A stretch of DNA of 64,000 nucleotides from positions 87,854,001-87,918,000 of the forward strand of contig OZ024742.1 in assembly GCA_964016885.1 (NCBI GenBank). The letters are read 5' to 3'. Within the stretch, counting starts at the first letter, position 1. Each line of letters starts with the position of its first letter. The position numbers and the translations under genes were made by a program. The DNA comes from Eledone cirrhosa. Its lineage: Eukaryota. Below are positions 1 through 12,795 of the stretch, one piece after another. The notes beneath the pieces were generated by a model. It did no database searches, was not told the DNA's origin, and saw nothing but the letters and a program-made list of their open reading frames with translations.

Positions 1-399
1 CTTCTCATATACAGTATAGTAACTCTCATCCTACAACTCTAATAAATGTTAATAATAAAACTCCTAATAAACAAGCTAAAACACCTAAATCTAACTAAAA
101 ATGTGTGTGGTGAGGTCATTAACAATAATTATCTTAATAAACATCAGGATGCATCCTATAAAAACAATAAACAATATCGAAACCGTAATAGACGAGTTAC
201 TTGGTACAATGCTCCATTTAATTTACAAATTAAGGATAATATACCTAAAAATTGATTTAATATCCTAGAGAAAAACTTCCCGCCAAACCACAAAAACCAT
301 CAAATCTTAAATAGATCAACGGTTGAATTCTCCTACTCAACAACCAAAAACATAAAACAAAATATAAGTGCCTATAATGCATATAAATGTAAAAAAACC

Positions 400-891
400 A
401 TGAGTATACCACCAGTACATCAAACTAACCATAATATCTCCTCAGATACAGGATTCACGAAAAGTTGTAACTGTAGAAACAAGGCAAACTGTCCACTAAA
501 AGGAAATTGCCTTGTTAATAACATAGTATATAAATGTAAAGTTAACACTAAGGACTCAATTTATTCATATATAGGAGCTACCTCTAACAAATTTAAGGTA
601 CGATTTAATACCCACAAACATAGTTTTAAAAATGCCGCACTAGCTAATACAACATCTCTAGCTGAAATAATAAATAGTTATAGAAAGAGGAATATAGAAT
701 ATGACCTGACCTGGAGTGTGCTCAAAAGGGCCACTCCTTATCAAAATAGTATAAATGAATGTAGATTATGTTCCCAAGAACTTTTTGAAATAATGAAACC
801 TAAGGATATCCTATTAAATAAGCGACAGGAATTAATAATATCGTGTAATCATAAACTGAGAAAAACTTTTAAATATTATAAACCTAATTAA
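400..891 (+). pseudogene. GIY-YIG endonuclease domain of a PLE ORF (upstream part disrupted by stops)
   Basis: IVYKCKV...YIGATSNKFKVRFNTH...LTWSVL...CRLCSQE...LLNKRQE...CNH. Confidence 0.9.
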
Positions 892-1096
892 TATACACTT
901 TAGAAATTAATTCATAAATTATTTTTAATTTAGTTAATCTATAATTAATATTCTACTACTGATGAACTACATAATTCTGCTTTAAAAATTATAAACCTAA
1001 TTAATATATACTTTTGAAATTAATATATAAACTATTTTTAATTTAGTTAACATTTAATTAATATTCTACTACTGATGAACTACATAATTTTGCTTT
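877..1096 (+). repeat. Tandem duplication, about 113-bp unit x2
   Basis: ttataaacctaattaatata...ctactgatgaactacataatt.tgcttt present twice. Confidence 0.9.
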
Positions 1097-1243
1097 CCTT
1101 CTTACAAATATCATTTCCTAAAACTGATACCATTAAGTAAACATATATAATGCTTTAACTTCAGGTTATGACTCTATGTTCCTTGAAAACTATATATATT
1201 TACTATTTCTCACTAATAAATTTAACCCCCCCCCCCCAATAAT

Positions 1244-1317
1244 TATATGTATATATAAGTGTATATGTGTGTGTATATGTATGTGTATGTATATATATAT
1301 ATATGCATGTATATATC

Positions 1318-1373
<56 letters not shown>

Positions 1374-1458
1374 TATATATGTATATGTGTATATATATAT
1401 ATGTGTGTATGTGTGTGTGTGTATGTGTATATATATGTATATATATGTATATATATAA

Positions 1459-1540
<82 letters not shown>

Positions 1541-1591
1541 ATGTGTATATATATGTATATATATATATGTATAAGTATATATATATATATA
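1244..1591. repeat. (TA)n/(TG)n compound microsatellite
   Basis: Read directly. Confidence 0.98.
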
Positions 1592-2228
1592 TTATTTTTA
1601 TATTCTTATAATTTCCCCTCATCTTTAACAGCACTTTTCAACTGCATCTAACTCTTATTTATCATATCTATATGTATTAGTATAAATTTATCAATATAAA
1701 TATACCCATCAATTAAATTAATTTATATTCTTTTCATAGATGTATTTTTTTCACTAACATTCTTATCTTTATACTTTAGTCAACTTAGACATTTGTATTG
1801 GCATTACTATGTTATAACAGCAACTGCTTGTATACCTTTTAGAGACCACCTGACATATTTTCACCCCTAAAATAACCTTCAATTACTACTATTTTACCAT
1901 TTGGCCAATTATTAACTTTCTATTGGTTAATTCTAAACCTCTTACCAAACAGACAGAATATATTAGATCTTTGTTGGTTTTAGTCAATGAAAAAATAAAA
2001 TTATTTCTGAGGTCAGCATAAGACCTATTTCTTCCCTAAAATAACCCTTCATTCATAATATTCTTTTCCATCCAAAACTGAAATCTACCTTTCTCTACCC
2101 ATAATTTAAGGTTCTTCTACTACTATATTACTATCCTGACCCTCACTATCTCTCTATTGGTCAATTCAAAATCTGTTCCCAAACAGACCTATTGTATTGA
2201 ATCTTTGTTTTTTTCAATAAACAAATAT

Positions 2229-2368
2229 CATTATTTCTGAAGACAGCATGTATATGTGTAGGTATGTATATTCCCTCTGATAGTTTGTATAAATATTGTA
2301 CATAGATCTATAGAATATGCATACCAACTCTAACACATATATATCCTAGAAACGATCGTAAAATGATG
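2229..2368 (+). ncRNA. Type I hammerhead ribozyme with about 100-nt stem II
   Basis: Stem I cattattt/aaatgatg; CTGAAGA 2237-2243; stem II atgtatatgtgt/acacatatatat plus ggtatgtatattc/gaatatgcatacc; GAAA 2349-2352; palindromic stem III cgatcg; TA. Confidence 0.8.
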
Positions 2369-2576
2369 AATTTTTTTAATATAAGGAACTGTTTCTTTGT
2401 TTATTCATTATTTTATTAATTTATCTTGACTCTGTTTTCCGTTTATTTTTCTACAGAAAGTAGTTTTTGAATGCATCTTCTCTTTTCATGATATCCGGAT
2501 TACATTGAGTTCTTCATACGGATTGGACACTACCGTAAACTTTTGGTAGATTTATCTACATATATATATATATATC

Positions 2577-3365
2577 ACGATAAATTAACGGACCCATAGA
2601 CTCTCGCTATTCTCTGTTAGTAATGCGCTCAAAGCAGAAGGAATCCTGAGTCCTTTATAATACAATACGTAGAAAGGATAACACACTAGAGAGAGATAGT
2701 GCGACATCAGTCAAACAGGGAAAAGCCACCAGTGTATGGAATCTATAGCCCATGGAAGGCAGAGTAGACACACAGTAATTAAAAGTATAAATTAAAGTGT
2801 ATATACATGCCTCGATAACTATCTAACACACACGTACAAATCCAAAAAGATCTGTTTCACCAAATAAGTTGTTGACAGAAATGATTAGCACATGTTTCAT
2901 CAGCGTGTGTAAGGCTATACATTTCAGACAACACAAAGAGAATATAAAGCGACCGTCCAGCCACACGTGGGAGAGGGAATTCACAGCATTCCTAAGGCCG
3001 TAACCAGTGGTCTTTGAGGGACGAGCTGTTAGAAAAAGCAGCTCAAACCACACAGAGAAGTGTGCTCATAGAAACAGAGAGAGAGGAAAGACTGTTATAA
3101 GGAGCAAAACATCATGATAAATTAACGGAGCCATAGACTCTCGCTATTCCCTGTCATTAATGTGCTCAAAGGAGAAGGTATCCCAAGCCCTTTATAATAC
3201 AATATGTAGAAAAGATAACACACTAGAGAGAGATAGTGCGCCATCAGTCAAACAGGGAAAACCACCAGGGTATGGAACTTATAGCCCATGGAAGCCAGTT
3301 TCTCCCTGTTTGACTGATGGCGCACAATCTCTGTCTCTCTATTGTGTTATCTTTTCTACATATCG

Positions 3366-3371
<6 letters not shown>
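2577..3371 (-). mobile_element. Non-coding element: two ~185-bp direct repeats (2577-2762, 3114-3298) plus a partial inverted copy (3299-3371); PLE pseudo-LTR or retrozyme-like architecture
   Basis: Direct and inverted repeats read directly; flanked by (TA)n on both sides; strand assigned from the HHR-like fold. Confidence 0.6.
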
Positions 3372-3414
<43 letters not shown>

Positions 3415-3521
3415 TGTAGGAGGTGAGTTTTATTGTAGTACAATAAAGCAATGCAGATATCAGATAAGAAGCACTCTACAGTTTATAGGACTGGAGTATA
3501 CATAATATATAAGAACAAAAG

Positions 3522-4907
3522 ATGGTTATTTTGAACTCTTTGAGTCGGAAAATTCCTCTACTACGCGGTGGAATTTATCGTGACGATGGACTCTTTACTA
3601 TCTTAAATTGCAACATAGTTAACCTTAATATTATTAAGAACAATATACGTAATCTCTTTAACCAACATAACCTAAAAATTGAATTTGATAACAGCATCAA
3701 ACTAGCTAATTTCTTGGATGTATCTCTTAATCTTGACACTGGCCTATATTACCCTTACCATAAAAACAATGAGAACCTAAATTATGTTAACTTTAAATCT
3801 AACCATCCTACTAATATCAATAATGCTATAGTTAGTAATATTGGAAACAGAATATCTAACCTATCTTCTAATAAAAACATCTTTGATGCTAACGCCAATT
3901 ACTATAATAACGCGCTTTCTAAAGCCAGCTATCCTGATGAAATCAAATATAGTAAAGAAACAAATTCTAGAAGAACTTACAGTAGAATAATTAATCATGA
4001 TCATTCCAATAACTTTAATAAAAGACCTAGATACAAAAACATAATCTGGTATAATGCTCCTTTCTCCATCTCTATTAATAATAATATTCCTAAATTATTC
4101 TTTAGTGCCTTAAATAAATGCTTCCCTCCCTCACATATCTATAGTAAAATATTTAACTAACACACTATAACATTTTCCGATTCTACATCCTCCAACATTT
4201 CCAACAGTATCTATAAACACAACAATAAAATACTAAATACTAAATATCTTCCTTCCAACACTGAATATCATAATAATAGTAATATTACACCCGACGTCAT
4301 TGTAAAACCTAGGCTAATTTCTGCAAACCCAAATACAACGTCAAACACAACTTCGCTAAATGTTCTTAATCCCATTCTAAATCAAGAAACTATTGTTCCT
4401 ATCGCAAATAACTTCTCCAATCCAATTCCTTCTATAGATAACATTAGGTCACTCGTTAATAATCTCTCTAATCGCAATTGCAATTGCCCTGTTAAAAATA
4501 AATGTCCTCTCAACAACCATTGTCTTGATAAAAACTTAATTTACGAATGTAAAGTTATAACTGACACCAATTCCTTCACCTATTTTGGCTCCACTTCCAC
4601 CTCTTTTAAAGCTCGTCTTTATAACCATCATTCGTCTTTTAAATACAAACTTAAAAGAACCAACACGGCTCTCTCAGAACTCATATGGTCCTTGAAAGAC
4701 AAACATATTAAATATAGCATCTTTTGGAAGAAGGTTTCTTCTGCGTCTTCATTCTTGAACAATTCTCTATCCAAGATTTGCAATCTCTGTCTAAATGAAA
4801 AAATTACCATTATATCTAATTTAGATTCTATAATAAATAGACGCACTGACTTGTTTTCTATCTGCTTGCATACATTCCACAAAACATTCCACAAAGTATA
4901 CAGCTAA
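3522..4907 (+). pseudogene. PLE RT C-terminal half, thumb and GIY-YIG, with stops and frameshifts
   Basis: YRDD catalytic motif; CNLCLNEK..I...IINRRTDLFSICLH C-terminus. Confidence 0.88.
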
Positions 4908-5791
4908 TATCCAAATATTTATCAATTTAGAAACTCTTTCTCAAAGGCATATATATATATATACACATCTTTAAAAATATACCCATCTTTCTACCTTATT
5001 TCAAAGGTTATTATACATTCTATAATACTTGTTACTCATTCTATATCGCTCCTATTTATCACTTCCCTTTCTTCTCTTTTTCTTTTAATGTCTAACCCCT
5101 AATCTGTACCTTTTCTCACTGTTGACTAACATAGAATCAATTATTACATAATACAATACATTCTTACTCTATATCACCTTGTAAAAATCCTTCGTAAACA
5201 AACATTTTTTTGACGTTAGATTATTCATACTCAATTCATTATTTTTTTCTCCCTTTCATCTAACTCATTCATGCTCATCTCACAATATATCCTTACTTAA
5301 ATTACCTGTTGTTCTTTTTAATAATACATATGAACATTTTCTTTCCATCGCACATGTTATTAAACCCTTAAATATTATTCTTAATACATATTAACATTTT
5401 CTTTTCATCGCACATATTATTAAACCCCTCAATATACAAACCTTAACTTTACATAATTTTTCTCTTCGTTAATTTTCAAATTCTTTTAATTTATACATTA
5501 TCTTACAACGGTTTTCAACCTCTCTATGTAAAACAATATATCTTTCTCAGTTATAAAAGCTATCTCTCTCTCTCTATCACCCATCTCTCCTCCTATCTCA
5601 TCCTTCCTCATTATACTCCCCCCTCTCCACTTTTTACTCTCATCTCCTCCTCTTTTTCATCCGTTACACCCCCCCACAAAAAATAAATTTGTTTCCCAAT
5701 ATCACGCATCAATCTAAAACTACTTTTCATATGTTGATTTAAAACTGCCCTATCCACAAGTGTTTTTTAACCTTCATATCATGTCTTCCTG

Positions 5792-5858
5792 TTTTATCTG
5801 ATGAAAACGCAAATATCATTGCATGATGATATTTGTTTTTGAAATGCGCATAATAAAA
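5792..5858 (+). ncRNA. Type I hammerhead ribozyme (PLE pseudo-LTR)
   Basis: ttttat CTGATGA aaacgcaaatatcat..atgatatttgttttt GAAA tgcgca TA ataaaa; palindromic stem III. Confidence 0.88.
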
Positions 5859-5896
5859 TACATGGAACTCTTTTAACCATCTTTTGTTCTTATATG

Positions 5897-5936
<40 letters not shown>

Positions 5937-6344
5937 AAGGTATATATTGAGTTAGGAACTCAAAATAGTCTCTTACAACAAAATAGCTCTAAGAAAGAGA
6001 TATTTCCGAGCCGTATATTATAATTGAATATAAAAGGAAAACGAACACAGAAATATACATATATGAATTCAAATCGTAAGGGACCAGATTCGCTAAAGTA
6101 AAAAGAATACTAACTATAGACAATAGATTTTGCTTGTCTCAATTTAAAAAAAATCACGAAAATAAATACAAACCGGAATTGTGGTAACTACCGATCACCC
6201 AAACAACTTGGTGTTGCTTTGCAATGTTAATCGTGAATAGAGTTACACATTTTTGCTCATCAGTTGGTGATAAATTAGTACCCTAGACAGTTCTAAGTTA
6301 ATTTTTAAAAATGAACAGTGTGCCATATATTATAATTATTTTTA

Positions 6345-6520
6345 CTGTTTTGGCACAAGGCCAGCAATTAATCCAGTGCATTACTGGTGCTTTATTTTAT
6401 CGACCGCGTAAGGATGAAAGGCATAGTTAACCTCGGCGGAATTTAAACTCATAGCGTAAATGGCTGTAACTCTGTACTGCAAAGCATGGCGTCCGTCCCT
6501 CTACCGATACTGCCAGTCCA
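6345..6520 (-). mobile_element. tRNA-derived SINE (octopus-like family with gcctttcatcct...gtcgataaaataaagyaccag core)
   Basis: Minus strand has A box tggcagtatcgg and B box-like gagtttaaattcc; same family at 16813-16956 and 55795-55968. Confidence 0.85.
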
Positions 6521-6695
6521 ATAATATTAATAGCGCACATTGCGTCCTAGCGCGTCTCACACACTCACACGAATAAAAATAGCAGCCAGGTTTATTCGAC
6601 ATTTGAAATAGCTCAACAAATTAACGGAGCCGAATATATCAAAGGTTTATATCAAAGGTATATATTGAGTTAGGAACTCAACAAACAAGGGGAGT

Positions 6696-6747
6696 GCTAA
6701 GCTCTGAGGAATACCAACAGTATGAAAGAGAGATCTGTCAGCTTAGC
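6696..6747 (+). ncRNA. Type I hammerhead ribozyme, copy 1
   Basis: gctaagct CTGAGGA atac-caaca-gtat GAAA gagagatctg TC agcttagc. Confidence 0.85.
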
Positions 6748-7015
6748 TCCCTTTATTTGTTGAAAAAGAAGTAAGTGACATAGTTACTACTTTAAAATAA
6801 TAGGGTAAGGTCTTCAAAATGATTTTAATTAAGCATACAGTGTTTTGCCAAATACAATATTTATACTTTCATATATACATCGCTATCTCAGAGCACCAAT
6901 TCAAATTTTCAATTTTTTCTGGACCGGCAACCGCTCTGGATAATCAGTTCCTTATTATTACTGGCATTCTATAAGAATCCAACATTCATAATGTTTGCAC
7001 AAACAAGGATAGTGC

Positions 7016-7063
7016 TAAGCTCTGAGGAATACCAACAGTATGAAATAGAGATCTGTCAGCTTA
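7016..7063 (+). ncRNA. Type I hammerhead ribozyme, copy 2
   Basis: taagct CTGAGGA atac-caaca-gtat GAAA tagagatctg TC agctta. Confidence 0.85.
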
Positions 7064-7224
7064 TCTCCATTTGTTTGTTGAAAAAATAAGTAAGTGGCAT
7101 AGGTACTACATGAAAACTATAGCGCAAGGTCTTCTAAATGCTTTTAATTAAGCATACATTGTATTACCAAATACACTATATATACATTCATATATACATC
7201 GGTATTTCAGAGCACCAATTCTAA

Positions 7225-7298
<74 letters not shown>

Positions 7299-7338
7299 AA
7301 AATTAACAAAGAAGCCTTAATACATTAAACATCTTTAA

Positions 7339-7383
7339 TTGCTGACAATGTTTCGTCCCATTAATTAGGACTCATCAGAGCAA
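7339..7383 (-). ncRNA. Minimal type I hammerhead in a solo PLE pseudo-LTR fragment (about 7296-7560)
   Basis: Reverse complement: ttgct CTGATGA gtcc-taattaatg-ggac GAAA cattg TC agcaa. Confidence 0.85.
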
Positions 7384-7632
7384 CGAAAAAGACTAGAAAT
7401 ATCATCGGCTAGAACAAGCCAAAATTCAGAAGAATAGTGAATGGATAATAAGGAAAATTGAGGAAAATTGTCATGGAATGACATGTTAAACCTAATGGGG
7501 TGCATTTGTAAATAAAGACTATAGGGCAAGAGAGCAAGGAAACATTAAACAAACCCACTATATATATATATATAGAGAGAGAGAGTTTGAGTTTCAGACG
7601 CCAAAGGTCATAACTGGAAGTCACTGCATTTG

Positions 7633-7828
7633 GCAAAATACATAATTTTTTTTTATTGGCGGAGGTAAGCTATTTTTCCGCAATAATTTGATTGCACCTT
7701 TTTGTTTCCATTTATGTATTTTTTGAAAGTATTATTTATTCATTATACAAATTAGATGATAGCATTCTATATGTAGGTTAGCTCCCTTCATCTCCCCCAA
7801 ACCAATATCTTTTAGACCAATTCCGACA
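7633..7828. repeat. Unclassified ~195-bp interspersed repeat, second diverged copy at 10113-10308
   Basis: gcaaaatacataatttttt...gcattctatatgtaggt...tagaccaa.tccg shared by both copies. Confidence 0.75.
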
Positions 7829-8122
7829 ATGTATATATATGTATATTTATATATATACACAAAACGTCAGCATCAACCATTTTGCAAGAGATGTCAACAT
7901 AAATGGACCTGCTATTTTTACCTAAAGACATTTTTTTCCAATTCCATCTCGCCCGTGCCCTCAATCTATTTATTTCTCATTCTTTCTTCTGATGAAGAAC
8001 TAGTGTCCGAAAGGTTCAGACCCTCTTCCTGCTATATTAAGCGTTAACCTAATATATACCTTCCATATACTGTACCGATTGTGTTGGCATTTCTGTTTAC
8101 CTTTTCCACACACACACACACG

Positions 8123-8700
<578 letters not shown>

Positions 8701-8850
8701 AATAAAGTATGCCCAAATCATATTACATTCAAATACCACATAGAGAAAGAGACATAGAGCGGTGGGAAATGTGGTTAAAATGTGGTTAAAATATCGTTGA
8801 GATAGATGAGAAACAAAACGAGGATGTAGTTTATGGAACACCCAGATATT

Positions 8851-9280
8851 GAGAAGTAGTCCTTAAGTAGAAGCAATAACATTAAGAAACACATGAACGA
8901 GACATTACCATTTTGTATTGGTAAATTTTGAAAGTAGGTTATAAGTATGAATTTTCATAAGATTATCGTAGTTGTGTATGTGGCCTAGCGGTAGGTCCTA
9001 GAGACGTTGGTGATTCTATCATTGGGTTCAATCCTGGCCAAGGTTTTACATTCCATACAAAACAAAATTGAAAAGCTTTACCGGTAAGACTACTCCTGAC
9101 CAGGATCAAATTTAAGACCAGTATCACCACCGTCTATGATTCTCCGATCTAGGCTACTGAGTCAGTTATACAAGTATAATGAAAACTAATAATTATGAAA
9201 CTACTTTCAAAATCAAATTTAAAAAGAAGTGATGTCGTTCATGGCTTTCATAGAACTATTAGTCATATTTACGACTTATC
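8851..9280. repeat. Diverged inverted repeat, each arm ending in an inward-facing tRNA-like Pol III head
   Basis: Plus: A box tggcctagcgg 8981, B box ggttcaatcc 9025; minus: tagcctagatcgg 9156-9144, aatttgatcc 9112-9103; flanks align (catgaacga, ttttgaaagtag). Confidence 0.65.
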
Positions 9281-9347
9281 AATCTTATTATTTCTATCTG
9301 TGTTTAACTGTTGAATTAAATTAAATGGATTATTTTAACAAAAGAAT

Positions 9348-9378
<31 letters not shown>

Positions 9379-9416
9379 TATATTATTTATATATATATAT
9401 ATAGAGAGAGAGAGAG

Positions 9417-9734
9417 AATAGAAAACGAAAAATTAGCGATGCATCTGAACTCAATTTATTGATTTATTGTGTGTTACAATTGTTTTCCGGTGGACAGCTC
9501 GAGACGCTATCATGTTGTGGATCTATCTGATTCTGGACCCGCAGGTTCGATGGACATGTCTAATGATTTCGGAGTGAAGAATGTGGTCCGAAATCATTAG
9601 ACGTGTCCGGCGAACCTGCGGGTCACAATCAGATAGATCCACACAATGATCGCGTCTCGAGCGTCCACCGGGGAAACAATTGTAACACACACTAAATTGA
9701 GTTCAGATGCATAATTGATTTTTCGTTTTCTATT
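9417..9734. mobile_element. Fold-back element (arms about 150 bp, 13-nt spacer) with a degenerate hammerhead in each arm
   Basis: Arms 9417-9573 and 9587-9734; gtgt CCGGCGA ... GAAA caattg TA acac at 9603-9688. Confidence 0.8.
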
Positions 9735-9894
9735 ATATCATACTCTGCTCTGTAAGAGCATAGAGTGGTCCACCGGCATACCGCCTATGGAAGCATCGTA
9801 GCTACCATCAGACATATATATGTATATATATATATATGTATATATGTATATATATATATAGTATATAGTCAGGAGTTCATATGTATATGTAAGC

Positions 9895-9960
<66 letters not shown>

Positions 9961-10399
9961 TTACATATACACACGAACTCCTGACCAAATAATGTTTAGT
10001 ATCAATGGGTTAAAGACATCATTCAAATCAATTAGTGGTGAGAGTCGTTTATATATATATATATTAAGTGGATGTGAAAGACCAAGCGTCATTATTGAAA
10101 GTCTCTGGATATCGCAAAATACATAATATTTTTTATTGGAGAAGTTAAAAAATTGTCTGCAGAACTTTGATTGCATTGATTTGTTTCTACTCATGCATTT
10201 TTTGAAAATTTTCTTTATTCTTCATACAAATTAAATGATTGCATTCTATATGTAGGTGGGCCCCCTTCATTTCCTGCCAACCAATATTTTTAGACCAAGT
10301 CCGCCACTAAACACAGTCCTTATACTGCAGGAAGAGGAAGGAGGACCTGCAACATCTCCTGCTTCCGCAGTATTTGCTCGACAGTCAAACATATCGAAA

Positions 10400-11140
10400 T
10401 TAATGACAGAAAGCTAAATTGAAGGACAAATTGTCTTGATAAGTGGTCACGTACTCTGACCAACGATCAGGTGCCGTGGTGCCTTGCACCTCAGCAGATG
10501 GGACTGAAACAGGCTGTTTTGAAGACAGCCTCCATGTATCGATGATTTGCTTTATCGAAAGGTTTAAATTCATCGAAATTAATCAGCACACCACAAGTGA
10601 GATTTTTTTTCCATTGTCACTCTATGATGTTTCCCATGAGGTGGAGTTTATCGAGTATATAGTTGGCCGAGATTCCGAATGTTTGCGTCTCACGTAACAG
10701 GTCCTTCGCGACAAGCGCCAACCTGGTTGCTAGCACATTGGTCAATATCTGAAAATTTGTGTTCAACAGTGTTAATTTAAAGAAATGATCACGTATGGCC
10801 CCCTTGTAATCAATTTTCCCCCATCAGCCTTACTACGCTCCAATTTATAAGACTTCGAATATTTCCATTTCGCTGCCACTTGTAGTAGGCCATTTCGTAG
10901 ACAACGGAGAACATGTTTGTCATTTCTCCACATAACCCAGTGGAAAGTTTTGACAATATCTAGAGTTTAAATTCTAGACCTTAACCGAATTGGATTTTTT
11001 CCCTGCAGTTTGTGTATCGATAAAAGAATGAATTGCAGAGATTACGTCTCAAAACACGATCCAATTTTAAATCACTGCTCCCAAGCTGTGAAATACATGT
11101 GGGCTGAAATTACTTCGCATAAAACCTCGCGGTTTATACC
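10400..11140 (-). pseudogene. Old, degraded Tx1/L1-type RT fragment
   Basis: Minus strand gives LLNTNFQILTNVLATRLALV... and LINFDEFKPFDKANHRYM, paralleling ORF2 at 14615-15253; boundaries approximate. Confidence 0.75.
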
Positions 11141-11638
11141 ACTACATATATACATATATACGCAAGCCATGCAATTCATACTCAACATGGCATGGAATAA
11201 CCTGCGAAATAATTAGAATATCAGTACAAATCAAAATCAACATTTCTGCGAAAAAATACTAAGTACGTACAAAAGTCCGCAAAATTATTTTGTATGACCT
11301 AATATATTTTCGTTGCATATATATGCACTTGCATTTATATCTAAATAAAACAGTATGTCCATCTTCAGATATCATTGTTATTGTTACATGTAAATTCACT
11401 CTACTTTCCAAGTATCGAATATTGAGCTTAATGTTAACTTACTAGTCATTCTCTTTCTCCCTCTCTCGCTGTACACAAACATATATATATATATATACAG
11501 CTTGAATAATTTTTCACCGAAATAATTTATTTCACGTTGCTCCAATTAATTCAGCTAAAAATGTGTACCAGCAGCACCTAGGTCTTTCAGCCTTCGACTG
11601 ACTGCCGTCGTGATTATTCTGAATATCTGCATATATAT

Positions 11639-11810
11639 CCGACGAGCTTTGCATCAATAGCGAAACGCGCGTCACCGATCAATAAACGAAATGAAAGCTT
11701 AGTAAATCGTTCTTGTATCATTATATTACACCCTGTCTAGTTCTACATATCAGCACTGATGTGAACCTAGACATCGAGCGGACACCTGGGTGAACCTACA
11801 CTCCCTGGAT
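11639..11810 (+). mobile_element. PLE-like terminal fragment with degenerate hammerhead
   Basis: CCGACGA gct...agc GAAA cgcgcg TC followed by aataaa; 5' strand of stem I absent; TA runs on both sides. Confidence 0.55.
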
Positions 11811-11864
11811 ACATATATATATATTATCATGATAAGGAAAAAGGTTTCAGTGTTCCATCACACC

Positions 11865-11867
<3 letters not shown>

Positions 11868-11943
<76 letters not shown>
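11868..11943. repeat. (TAA)n microsatellite, upstream target of the R4/Dong element
   Basis: Read directly. Confidence 0.98.
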
Positions 11944-12795
11944 CCCTTCATAGTACCTTCTTTGTACCTTCGTACCTTCTTTGAGAAAACTGAATTTAGA
12001 GATCCACAGACATGGAACTGGTTGAGAAGAGGAGACCTCAAAAAGGCTACAGAAGGAATGCTAATGGCTGCGCAGGAGCAGGCCCTCAAAACGAAGTGGT
12101 TGAAGCACCATATTTACAAGGAGGAGGCTAGCCCACTGTGCAGGATCTGTGGAGAGAGAGAGGAGACTGTGGCTCACATTGTGTCCGAGTGTAAACACCT
12201 AGCCCAGACCCACTATAAGGGCTGGAGACACGATGTGATGGGCAGGGTGATCCACTGGCACCTGTGCAAAGTAAACAATTTACCACATTCTGAGAAATGG
12301 TATGAGCATAGGCCAGAGACGGTGATGGAGAACAATCAGGTGAAGGTGCTGTGGGATTTTAGGATACAGACGGACAAAAAACTGGAACACAATAGACCTG
12401 ACCTGGTGGTTGTGGACAAAGAAAAAAGATCGTGTCTGATTGTGGATGTGGCCTGCCCGTTCGACACGAGAGTGCAAGAGAAGGAGAGGGAGAAAATTAA
12501 CCGATACCAGGACCTAAAGTGGGAGGTGAAAAGGATTTGGAACTGCCATGAAGTCAAAGTGATCCCGATTGTCATAGGCGCACTGGGGACTATCTCCAAA
12601 AGTTTCCAGGGATGGTTAAAGAAAATCGGCCCCTTCACGCTTTTTGGAACGCTTCAAAAGGCATGCTTGCTTGGAACAGCAAGAAACCTCCGATACGTCC
12701 TGAATATCTGAGGCTGCAGGTAGTGGCTTGATATTCAATCCAACGGACTTTCCAGTTAACCAACATCAATGACTCAGATTCAAGGAATAACAACG

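Larger units (their letters stand above)
1..2560 (+). mobile_element. 3' part of a decayed Penelope-like element, Hydra-clade-like (thumb/linker, GIY-YIG, long 3' UTR with hammerhead)
   Basis: WYNAPF motif (46-255), then CNCRNKANCPLKGNCL (CxCx5C) and VY...YIG in 400-891; AT-rich 3' UTR with HHR at 2229-2368, ending in (TA)n at about 2560. Confidence 0.85.
3417..5900 (+). mobile_element. 5'-truncated Hydra-clade-like PLE with inverted 3' terminus/tail at its 5' end (3417-3527)
   Basis: GGIYRDDGL, FLDVSLNL, SNHP, WYNAPF (3522-4160); CNCPVKNKCPL and GIY-YIG remnants at about 4475-4907; 3417-3527 is the reverse complement of the 3' end (taaccatcttttgttcttata) plus tail; (TA)n on both sides. Confidence 0.9.
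6681..7228 (+). mobile_element. Tandem repeat (period 318 bp, about 1.7 units), each unit carrying a hammerhead; retrozyme-like or pseudo-LTR tandem
   Basis: 6681-6910 is similar to 6999-7228; CTGAGGA at 6704 and 7022. Confidence 0.8.

Noticed and set aside
955-1096. CTGATGA twice within the 113-bp tandem duplication
   Set aside because: No stem II or GAAA-stem III-UH downstream; not a hammerhead
6681-7228. Direct repeats as a CRISPR array or LTR retrotransposon
   Set aside because: Eukaryotic context, long units, no spacers or cas genes, no TG...CA termini, PBS or gag-pol
7981-8030. CTGATGA agaactagtgtcc GAAA ggttcagaccc TC
   Set aside because: Stem II is mismatched and no stem I pairing is visible; at best a heavily decayed motif
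8975-9045. Functional tRNA gene
   Set aside because: A and B boxes only; I cannot fold a complete cloverleaf. The same applies to the SINE heads at 6470-6520, 38040-38110, 55880-55968 and 61680-61745
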